This document shows, piece by piece, positions 8,782 through 16,261 of a stretch of 22,677 bases of DNA. This stretch comes from an uncultured delta proteobacterium (GTDB lineage: Bacteria > Desulfobacterota > Binatia > UBA9968). The position numbers were made by a program, and so were the translations under genes. The notes below the pieces were generated by a model that made no database searches, had not been told where the DNA came from, and saw only the letters and a list, made by a program, of their open reading frames with translations. The first letter of the stretch is position 1. Every line of letters begins with the position of its first letter. The stretch is from positions 1-22,677 of the forward strand of contig CAWJZV010000037.1 of assembly GCA_963847445.1 (NCBI GenBank), written 5' to 3'.

Positions 8782-9873
8782 CTACGGATGGACATCCTGG
8801 GTAAACCACTCCCCCGGCACTTCCCGTCCCAACCCCTTGGCCTGCGCGGCATCGTAAACCTTCTTCCCGACCGCGGCGAATTGCGCGCCCATGCCGATGT
8901 TATTGACGAAGCCGGTGATTTGCCGATCGTTTTCGCGTCCCTTGATCCGTCTGCAAATGAGATCCGGCAAGGTCGGCAGAGACTGCCAATCGATGGACCT
9001 TGTCGTCGGATGGTCGCGCAGGGTGAAATCGTCGCGCTCGAAATGGGCCAGCGCCGAAGAAGTCACATTGTTCTCAGTCGAATGCGTGTGCAGCACCAAC
9101 GGTTGACAGGCCATTAACGCTTCGTCGTCGAATTCATCGCGCTGCATGGCACTGATGTGCAGGCCTTCGCGCAACGCCCACTTGCCGATAAACGGCTTGC
9201 GCGCATTGGTCGACGTGATCAGGATGTCGACATTTTTGGCCGCCGCCTCGTAGGAGTCCACCGGGACGATCTCAACGCCGACCTGGGCGCTGGTTTCCCT
9301 GGCGAAATTTTCGCGGTTGGCTTTGGTCGGACTGTAGACGTTGATGCGCTTGATCTTGCGCGCCTCGCATACGGCTAACACCTGGGTGCCGGCCTGCCAG
9401 CCGGAACCGATCAGGCCGACGGTTTCGGCATTGGCCCGCGCCAGGTATTTGGTCGACACACCGTTGGCTCCGCCGACGCGGAAACGTTGCAAGACGCCGT
9501 CGTTCATCACTGCCAGCAACTCACCGTTGGCCGAACTGAAAAGCAAAATGACTCCCATCCAGCGCTGCCCCGGCAGCATCGGTAGCTTTTCGCGGCGCAT
9601 GCCGCCGGCGGTATCGCGCCAGGCGACGATGTCGGAGGAAAAGCGCAGTGCTGCGGTGCCAAAGTGCGGACTGGCGCCGCTCATGCTTTTTAAATAGTGC
9701 GCCATCGGCCCCTCGGCGTTCGCCGCGGCGGCGGTCGGACTATGAACATCCGAACGGGGCGCGGTGACCGCCACACCCTGCCCCATTTCACCATAGAGAA
9801 TCTCCAATGCCTCCATCGTGTCCTTCATGGTGATCAATTGACTGACTTCGTCGTTGTTGAGAAATAATGGCAT
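8782..9873 (-). CDS. Ornithine cyclodeaminase / mu-crystallin family protein
   Basis: LFLNNDEV start, GELLAVM, RVGGANG...KYLAR, Rossmann GLIGSGWQA, VYSPT, GMGAQFAA. Confidence 0.92.
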   Translation of the reverse strand: MPLFLNNDEVSQLITMKDTMEALEILYGEMGQGVAVTAPRSDVHSPTAAAANAEGPMAHYLKSMSGASPHFGTAALRFSSDIVAWRDTAGGMRREKLPMLPGQRWMGVILLFSSANGELLAVMNDGVLQRFRVGGANGVSTKYLARANAETVGLIGSGWQAGTQVLAVCEARKIKRINVYSPTKANRENFARETSAQVGVEIVPVDSYEAAAKNVDILITSTNARKPFIGKWALREGLHISAMQRDEFDDEALMACQPLVLHTHSTENNVTSSALAHFERDDFTLRDHPTTRSIDWQSLPTLPDLICRRIKGRENDRQITGFVNNIGMGAQFAAVGKKVYDAAQAKGLGREVPGEWFTQDVHP

Positions 9874-9879
9874 AGGGCC

Positions 9880-9948
9880 TCGTGTTCGTGACTCGTGCTC
9901 GTGATCGTGTTCCGGATCGGACGAACACGAGCGACGAGCACGATCACG
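9880..9948. repeat. (TCGTGC)n / (GCACGA)n inverted short-repeat hairpin
   Basis: TCGTGTTCGTGACTCGTGCTCGTGATCGTGTT...AACACGAGCGACGAGCACGATCACG fills the gap between the two OCD paralogues. Confidence 0.85.
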
Positions 9949-9951
9949 TTT

Positions 9952-11052
9952 TTAATCCCTGATATCCTGCAAGAACCACTCGGTCGGCAGTTCGCGTCCG
10001 AGACCGCGCTCTTTGGCAAGTTCGTAGACCTTCCCCGCCACGGCAAAAAATTGCGCGCCCTGAATATTGCCGCGCTCCGAGTACGTCACCTGCTTGTCGG
10101 AGCTGCGCCCTTTTTTCGCGCCGCCAAGTATCTCCGAAAAAAACACCGCGCGATCTTCGGCGATGACGCCATGACCGCGATTGCCGGCACGCTTCATTTG
10201 AAAGCCGGCATTGTCTTTGGGCTTGGCCGCATAGGTAATGTACTCATCGGCGAGAGCGAATTCCGGCAGCCCCCAAGGCGCCGGTGCCGTGCCCAGTCGC
10301 AGCGAGACATCGATGCGCTTCAAAGTGTCTTCGTCGGGTGTGCCGCCGACGCAGGTAACATGGGTGCCCTCTTCCAGCCATTTACCGATGACGATGGGCA
10401 CGGCGGAGTCGCTGCAACCGGCGACGATATGCGCGCCTTTGTAAACGTCGCGCGGGTGGCTCATCGGCACGACTTCGAGACCGTACGCGGCGCCGATCTC
10501 CTTGGCATAGGCTTCGCGGTTTGCCTTGGTCGGACTATAGACCTGAATCTTTTTAATTTTGCGCGCCTGCAGAAACGACTCGACATGGGAGCGAGCCATG
10601 CCGCCGGAGCCGATCATGCCAACCACGCTGGCGTCTTCCCGCGCCATGTATTTGGCGCCGATGCCGGAATCGGCGCCGACCCGCATATGCTGCAGATAGC
10701 CGTCATTGATCAGCGCCAACGGCTCGCCGTTCTCGATGCTATTCAAGAGAATCAAGCCGCAAAAGTTACCCGGCCGCACGCAGTATTTTTCCTGGGTGAC
10801 TGCGCCCTGATACTCCTGCTCGTAGATCACGTCCGATTTCATGCGGATGGCGAAATAGCCGGACATGGAGCCGCCTTCCATGGTGCCCCACTGATATATT
10901 TTCTCCGGGTCGGTGGTCGGAATCTGAATATCGATGCGCGGCCGGCAGACCGCTTCCTGGCACGCCAATTCCCGATAAGCCTTGTCCAGTGCATTCATGG
11001 TCAGTTCCATGGTCAGCACTTGTTTCACGTCATCGTTGTTGAGAAAAAGCAT
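9952..11052 (-). CDS. Ornithine cyclodeaminase / mu-crystallin family protein (paralogue)
   Basis: MLFLNNDDV, GEPLALIND, MRVGADSG, MIGSGGMA, VYSPT, QGAQFFAVAG, EWFLQDIRD. Confidence 0.92.
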   Translation of the reverse strand: MLFLNNDDVKQVLTMELTMNALDKAYRELACQEAVCRPRIDIQIPTTDPEKIYQWGTMEGGSMSGYFAIRMKSDVIYEQEYQGAVTQEKYCVRPGNFCGLILLNSIENGEPLALINDGYLQHMRVGADSGIGAKYMAREDASVVGMIGSGGMARSHVESFLQARKIKKIQVYSPTKANREAYAKEIGAAYGLEVVPMSHPRDVYKGAHIVAGCSDSAVPIVIGKWLEEGTHVTCVGGTPDEDTLKRIDVSLRLGTAPAPWGLPEFALADEYITYAAKPKDNAGFQMKRAGNRGHGVIAEDRAVFFSEILGGAKKGRSSDKQVTYSERGNIQGAQFFAVAGKVYELAKERGLGRELPTEWFLQDIRD

Positions 11053-11096
11053 CTTGCTCCCCTAGGACTGGCCAATCTAACTCATCGCCAATTCAT

Positions 11097-11469
11097 TTCA
11101 GCGCGAAGTGTCCATGAGCTCGCGCTCGCCTACGAGCATGAAAATGGCTCTGCTCCCTCCTTGATTCGTCATTCCCGCGCACGCGGGAATCCAGGTTTGG
11201 TCAGCACCGAATTAGCCTGGATACCCGCTTTCGCGGGTATGACGGAACACCGGAGGCTCTTCGTTGTACATCTCATCCTCTCACAAGTATTTTCGAAGGA
11301 TCTGACGCAGGACACGAAGCGCGACTGCGCAAATGTTCCGATCGCCGAATACCAGAGGGCGGGTTTCAAAGCCGCCCCTACGAATCCCGATTTTTTTGCG
11401 CCCTTTGCGTTCTTTGCGGCCATTCTGCGTTTTGGTTGCGGCTTCGCCGCGCTAGGTTCTTCGTGGTGA
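11097..11469. repeat. Nested composite palindromic element (copy B)
   Basis: CGAAGTGTCCATG...CATGAAAAT module (cf. 1954-1997), GTCATTCCC doublet 11167-11245, ATTTTCGAAGGA closer (cf. 2135-2160), REP hairpin GGGCGGGTTTCAAAGCCGCCCCTAC, GGTTGCGGCTTCGCCGCGC, CTTCGTGGTG end. Confidence 0.88.
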
Positions 11470-11479
11470 GGATTCCGGT

Positions 11480-12475
11480 TTACGGATTGCGGCCCCATAA
11501 TTTCACGAAGAATCCTTCATCGACCAGCTCTTGCACCAAACTGTTGTCGTAGAACTGCGCCGGCTTAGCCCCCTTTGCCTTGGCATTGGTCCGGCCGATC
11601 TCATCGAGAGTTACCTGGAATCCAGCAGCTTTAACGAACGGGACCTTTTCCATAAACTCGTAGCCATATTTCAAGCTGCCGTCGAGGATTCTTGGATCAG
11701 TGACCTTGGTGTATTTAGCGAATATCGTCTTCGTCTCGGCCGGTCTGTTGTAAATGAAATGCATCGCCTTGCCGTAGGCGCGCAAAAAAGCTTTCGCCGC
11801 TGGCCGCCTTTCTTTGACGAAGCGTTTGGTGGTCGTCAGAGTCAAGTGAACGAAGGGAATCTCATCCTTGGCGAGATTGGCCAGCACCTTTGCCCCTCCC
11901 TGTTCAGCGACATAGACCATCGGATAAGACATTGGCGCCGCCGCGATAATCTTCTTGGACAGCGCCGCGGCGATCTCGGGCATGCCGCCGATTTGAATGA
12001 ACGCTACATCCTTATGAGCTTCGAGCCCATGCTTGGCCAGAAACATGCGCATACCGAAGTCAGTGGCTGCGCCAAAACGCGAGACACCGATAGTTTTGCC
12101 TTTGAGGTCGGCGACGGTTTTTATCTCAGGCGCGGCCATAACATAGAAAGGCACGATATTCACCGTCGCCCCGATCGCCACCAAGTCGCCGCCTTGGAGC
12201 CCCGAGTCCGCAATCACCTGGCTATTTTGCGCGCTAATAACCACATCACCGGCCAGCGTCGCTTTCGCCGCCACCGGCGAGCTGGCGATATACATGGTAT
12301 CGACGTCCAAACCTTCTTCTTTGTAGAATCCTGCGTCGTTCATGATCCAAAACGGCGCATTGAACGCGCTCACCGCAGTCCAGGCAATGACCAGCTTTTG
12401 CGCCTGGGCCGGCACGATGCCGAGAGCGAGCAGCAGAAGTACGATCGCGACGCCAGCACGAACGCGATTCTCCAT
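11480..12475 (-). CDS. ABC transporter substrate-binding protein, NitT/TauT family
   Basis: Signal peptide ending AQA, LAGDV, DLKGKTIGVSRFG, FYDNSLVQELVDEGF. Start 12475 overlaps the upstream stop (TGATG). Confidence 0.92.
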   Translation of the reverse strand: MENRVRAGVAIVLLLLALGIVPAQAQKLVIAWTAVSAFNAPFWIMNDAGFYKEEGLDVDTMYIASSPVAAKATLAGDVVISAQNSQVIADSGLQGGDLVAIGATVNIVPFYVMAAPEIKTVADLKGKTIGVSRFGAATDFGMRMFLAKHGLEAHKDVAFIQIGGMPEIAAALSKKIIAAAPMSYPMVYVAEQGGAKVLANLAKDEIPFVHLTLTTTKRFVKERRPAAKAFLRAYGKAMHFIYNRPAETKTIFAKYTKVTDPRILDGSLKYGYEFMEKVPFVKAAGFQVTLDEIGRTNAKAKGAKPAQFYDNSLVQELVDEGFFVKLWGRNP

Positions 12476-13464
12476 CACGGCGCCCTCCCCCACAGTTTAA
12501 CGAAGAAACCTTCGTCGATCAGTTCCTGCACCAGGCTGTTATCGTAGAACTGTTCCGGCTTGGCGCTCTTCGCTTTGGGATTTTTTTTGGCGATGTCGTC
12601 GAGCGTGACCTGGAAAGCGGCGGCTTTTACCAGCGGCACTTTTTCGATGAAGTCGTAAGCGTACGTCAGACTGCCATCGACCATGCCTTGATCTTTGATC
12701 TTGGTGTATTTGCTAATGATCGCTTTGCTGTCTTCCTTTTTCGAATGCATGAAGTGGACGGCGCGGCCGTAGGCGCGCAGATAAGCTTTAGCCTGGGCGC
12801 GCCGTTCGCGCATGAACTTGCGCGTCGTGGTCACGCCGACATGGAGAAACGGAATGTTTTCCTTCGCCAGATTCGCCAACAGATGCGCCCCGCCCTGCTG
12901 GGCGACGTAGGCCATGGGTTGGGAAAATGCCGCGGCATGCACCGTACGCTTGCCCATCGCCGCGGCGATCTCGGGCAGCCCGCCGAGTTGAATCATCGGC
13001 ACATCCTTCACCGGCTCCAAGCCGTATTTAGTTAAAAACATGCGCATGCCGACATCGCCGGAAGAGCCGAAGCGGGTCACGCCGACGGTTTTCCCCTTGA
13101 GATCGGCGATGGTTTTTATTTCCGGCGTCGCCATGATGTAGAACGCCACGACATTGGTGATGCCGCCCATCGCCACTAGATCGCCGCCTTGCAGGCCGAC
13201 ATCGGCGACCACTTGGCCGTTGGCGGGTGAGATCATCACCTCGCCGGCAAGCGTCGCCTGGGCCACGGTCGACGAACTGGGAATGTAGACCAGCTCGGTG
13301 TCGAGCCCTTCTTGCTTGGCGAATCCGGCGTCTTGGATAATCCAGAAGGTCGCGTTGAGCGCGCTAATCGATGAGTATGCTTGCACGAACTTTTGCGCCT
13401 GTGCCGCGGCGGGCAAGAGCAGCAAGGCGAGAGCGAGTAAAGATTTTGCCAGTTGATTGGTCAT
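12475..13464 (-). CDS. ABC transporter substrate-binding protein, NitT/TauT family (close tandem paralogue of 11480-12475)
   Basis: Signal peptide ending AQA. Shares long segments with its neighbour (GLQGGDLVA, PEIKT, LANLAK, FYDNSLVQEL, FFVKLWGR). Confidence 0.93.
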   Translation of the reverse strand: MTNQLAKSLLALALLLLPAAAQAQKFVQAYSSISALNATFWIIQDAGFAKQEGLDTELVYIPSSSTVAQATLAGEVMISPANGQVVADVGLQGGDLVAMGGITNVVAFYIMATPEIKTIADLKGKTVGVTRFGSSGDVGMRMFLTKYGLEPVKDVPMIQLGGLPEIAAAMGKRTVHAAAFSQPMAYVAQQGGAHLLANLAKENIPFLHVGVTTTRKFMRERRAQAKAYLRAYGRAVHFMHSKKEDSKAIISKYTKIKDQGMVDGSLTYAYDFIEKVPLVKAAAFQVTLDDIAKKNPKAKSAKPEQFYDNSLVQELIDEGFFVKLWGRAP

Positions 13465-13503
13465 ATCCGTCCTATCCGATTGATCCGTCCAATTCTTTCC
13501 AGC

Positions 13504-13579
13504 AGTGGTATCGGCACCTCACAGCGCTGTCAAGCCAGGCCAGATTTCTCTTGAAATGATCTGACAGCTGTCCTATGGT
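13504..13579. promoter_or_regulatory. Putative back-to-back sigma70-type promoters with short palindromes
   Basis: Plus strand: TTGAAA (13551-13556), 17 bp, TATGGT (13574-13579). Minus strand: TTGACA (13533-13528), 17 bp, TACCAC. Palindromes ACAGCGCTGT (13521-13530) and GACAGCTGTC (13563-13572). Confidence 0.5.
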
Positions 13580-13605
13580 CCCGGCTGAAACACATTGGAC
13601 GGACT

Positions 13606-14799
13606 ATGAGCATAACAAACAAAGCGGCAATCGTTGGCATCGGCGACACTCCGACGGATCGCTTGGGCTCCAAGCCCGGCGAGCCACGCAAGTCGAGCGC
13701 CGAATATCTAGCTTGGGCCATGCATCTCGCGTTGGAAGACGCCGGCTTGAGCCTCAAGGATTTCCAGGGACAGGGACTCGGCGTGACGATTCCCACGGCG
13801 TATCCCCAACCGTTCTGGCCGGAAGAGGTCAGCGAGATCCTCGGCATCACGCCGGGCTTCTTGCTCGGCGGCGCCACCGGCGGCGCCGGAGCGGTGTCGC
13901 TGATGGGCGGCATGAGCGCGGCGATCAATTCCGGATTGATCGATCTCGCGCTGGTGATCGGCGCGGCCGCGCCCTTCTCCGAACATTGGGGCGGCGGTAT
14001 TCAGCCCGGCGACATGCGCGACTGGGAAATCCCCTACGGCACCATGGGGCCGAATAGTAAAATCGCCATGGTCATGCGCCGGCACATGCATGAATACGGC
14101 ACGACCCTCGATCATCTCGGCAAGATCGCCGTCACGGCGCGCTATCACTCAAGCTTGAACCCGCTCGGCTACCTGCGCTCGCCGATGACTATCGATGATT
14201 ATAAAAAGTCCCGCCTGGTCGCCGATCCGGTGCGCTTGTTCGACTGCGTGATGCCGGCCAACGGCGGCAAGGCCTATATCTTGGCCTCGCCTGAGCGCGC
14301 CAAGACATTGCGCAAGAAACCGGTGTGGGTCAAAGGCTTCGGCGAACGCAGCAATCCCTCCTACGGCCCGCGCGCCGGTTCCGATGCTCTAATCATGGGC
14401 GTCAAAGACGCCGGCCGAGTCGCCATGGAGATGGCCGGGGTAAAGCACAAGGACATTAATTTCTTGCAGCTCTATGACGACTACGTGATCGTGGTTTACT
14501 TGCAGATCGAAGACTTGGGTTTTTGCCAGAAAGGCGATCTTAAATTCTTCGAGAACACCGACTTTACTTTCAAAGGCCAACTGCCGATCCAAACCGGCGG
14601 CGGCATTATCAACTGCGGCCAGCCTTCCACCGCCGGCGGCGTGCATCATATTTTAGAAGGCGTGCGCCAGTTGCGCGGTGAAGGCGGCGAGCGCCAGGTG
14701 CCCAACGCCAAGATCGGCTTGATCTCCGGATTGGGCGTGCTGCCCTACGGCAAAAATCTCGGTTGCTGTGCCGTGTCGATATTGGGCAACGAACTGTAG
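13606..14799 (+). CDS. Thiolase-superfamily protein, SCP2/Ltp2-like
   Basis: AAIVGIGDT, RHMHEYG, DPVRLFDC, LYDD, LPIQTGGG, EGVRQLRGEGGERQV; adjacent to a DUF35 gene. Confidence 0.92.
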   Translation: MSITNKAAIVGIGDTPTDRLGSKPGEPRKSSAEYLAWAMHLALEDAGLSLKDFQGQGLGVTIPTAYPQPFWPEEVSEILGITPGFLLGGATGGAGAVSLMGGMSAAINSGLIDLALVIGAAAPFSEHWGGGIQPGDMRDWEIPYGTMGPNSKIAMVMRRHMHEYGTTLDHLGKIAVTARYHSSLNPLGYLRSPMTIDDYKKSRLVADPVRLFDCVMPANGGKAYILASPERAKTLRKKPVWVKGFGERSNPSYGPRAGSDALIMGVKDAGRVAMEMAGVKHKDINFLQLYDDYVIVVYLQIEDLGFCQKGDLKFFENTDFTFKGQLPIQTGGGIINCGQPSTAGGVHHILEGVRQLRGEGGERQVPNAKIGLISGLGVLPYGKNLGCCAVSILGNEL

Positions 14800-14810
14800 A
14801 GACATAAAAT

Positions 14811-14840
14811 CCGTTCGTGCTTGTCGAAGCGCGAACTCGG
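14811..14840. repeat. Remnant of CCGTTCGT...TGTCGAAG repeat
   Basis: CCGTTCGTGCTTGTCGAAGCGCGAAC resembles a shortened form of CCGTTCGTCCTGAGCGATGTCGAAGGAC near 22044-22071. Confidence 0.55.
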
Positions 14841-14856
14841 CGAAAAGAATAAAACC

Positions 14857-15285
14857 ATGGCTGAACTAGATGTAAGAAAACCCCTGCCGGCGATCACCAA
14901 CGAAGCGAAAGCCTTTTGGGACGCCGCGGCGCAACAGCAACTTTCCATCCAGCGCTGTCAAGATTGCCGCGCCTGGGTCTGGACCCCGCGTCCGTCGTGT
15001 AACGAATGCGGCAGTCAAAAAGTTGAGTGGACACCGATGAGCGGCAAGGGCGAAGTCTATTCGTTCACGGTCATCCGCCAGGTTGTCGGCCGCGCCGCAT
15101 CGAAGGCCTTCGAGCCCGACATCCCCTATGTCATCGCGTGGGTGGACCTCGACGAAGGCCCGCGCCTGATCACCAACGTTATTGGATGCCCTGTGGAAGA
15201 CGTGAAACTGGGAATGAAAGTAACCGTGCAGTTCGAGAAGGCGTCCGAGAAAATTTGGCTGCCGAAGTTCAAACCGGCGGCCTAG
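14857..15285 (+). CDS. Zn-ribbon OB-fold protein (DUF35 / ChsH2-like)
   Basis: FWDAA, QRCQDC...PRPSCNECGS, SGKGEVYSFTV, PYVIAWVDLDEGPRL, IGMKV-like LGMKV. Confidence 0.93.
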   Translation: MAELDVRKPLPAITNEAKAFWDAAAQQQLSIQRCQDCRAWVWTPRPSCNECGSQKVEWTPMSGKGEVYSFTVIRQVVGRAASKAFEPDIPYVIAWVDLDEGPRLITNVIGCPVEDVKLGMKVTVQFEKASEKIWLPKFKPAA

Positions 15286-15367
15286 CCGCCGACGAGATCC
15301 TCGAGTTTTACGTTTTATAAATCTAGGAGATCTTCGAAATCCCTGGTTTTCCAGAAAAACGCGGCTT

Positions 15368-15457
15368 CGTCTTGCCGGCTCAGGCCGGCAGCCACCTTCC
15401 TTGTTAGTCGAAGCCAATTTAACAAAGCCTGGATACCGGCTTTCGCCGGTATGACGG
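15368..15457. repeat. GTCAT-type inverted palindrome doublet
   Basis: CGTCTTGCCGGCTCAGGCCGGCAGCCA...TGGATACCGGCTTTCGCCGGTATGACG; same family as 2035-2104. Confidence 0.85.
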
Positions 15458-15519
15458 AAGAGGCAGTCGAGTATCAGCCGACGAACTCGCGAATACTTGG
15501 CCCGGCTTAGTGTCCAGAT

Positions 15520-15984
15520 CTATCCACCGATCAACCCCGCTTGCCGCAGCACGCCGGCATGGTCCCAATAGATCCGCTCGCAAGCGAGCTTGTCGCCGCG
15601 AAATTGCACGATCACGACAAAGTCCACGGCGATCTTTCTGTGAGTTGCTGGAACACCGGGCAAAAACCAAGGCATGGGATTGCTATGGGTAATTTCGACA
15701 TGGAGCTCGTCGACTAAATGCCCGGCGCCGATTACACGGTTTACCGGGGTTATCCGCATATCGTCCGGCCAGGACGGAATAAAGTCGTCGCGATAAAATT
15801 TGCGCAGCGCATCCTTGCCGCGTCCGCCGGTGTTTACCGGCATATGGTTGACCTAAGCGTCGTCGACCATGGTTGCCAGTGTAGCCTCGACATCGCGAGT
15901 CTCGAACTCGCCGCGCAAATGCTCGGCCCAGAGTTGCTCGAGTTGTTCGGCACTGAGCGCCGATCGGTAATCATGCTCTGCCAT
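15520..15984 (-). pseudogene. SnoaL-like / ester cyclase (NTF2-fold) protein with an in-frame TAG (nonsense mutation or base error)
   Basis: Reads MAEHDY...LWAEHLRGEFETRDVEATLATMVDDA*VNHMPVNTGG...FY...ERIYWD. The TAG at 15853-15855 falls where homologues, as I recall them, have Tyr (DAYVNH). Confidence 0.75.
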
Positions 15985-16011
15985 TACCAGTCCCTTTCTG
16001 TCTAAACGGCG

Positions 16012-16245
16012 TTAGCTGCTGGTTATGACAATGCCACATTCCTCGCAGCGATAACGTGCCCCATTGCCGCCTGTCTGTGCGAGTTCCTCAAAATCGAAGT
16101 TCTTAATGCCGCTGCTATCGAAACACTCAGGGCAATAACCATCGCCCAAATCTTCGGCGGCCAGAGTCAGATGGCAGAGGCGGCAGCGCATGGTGCTTTT
16201 GCGCTCGGCGAGCAGTTCTAAAGTGGAATGTTTGCAATCCGTCAT
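16012..16245 (-). CDS. Small Cys-rich, probable zinc-binding protein
   Basis: 77 aa with CKH, CRLC, CPEC and CEEC motifs; starts 16 bp downstream of the uup stop. Confidence 0.75.
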   Translation of the reverse strand: MTDCKHSTLELLAERKSTMRCRLCHLTLAAEDLGDGYCPECFDSSGIKNFDFEELAQTGGNGARYRCEECGIVITSS

Positions 16246-16261
16246 CGCCGCGAAGGGTCCA

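Noticed and set aside
9895-11469. 524-aa plus-strand ORF, also 11531-12547 and 1467-2102
   Set aside because: These are antisense shadows of well-supported minus-strand genes, common in GC-rich DNA.
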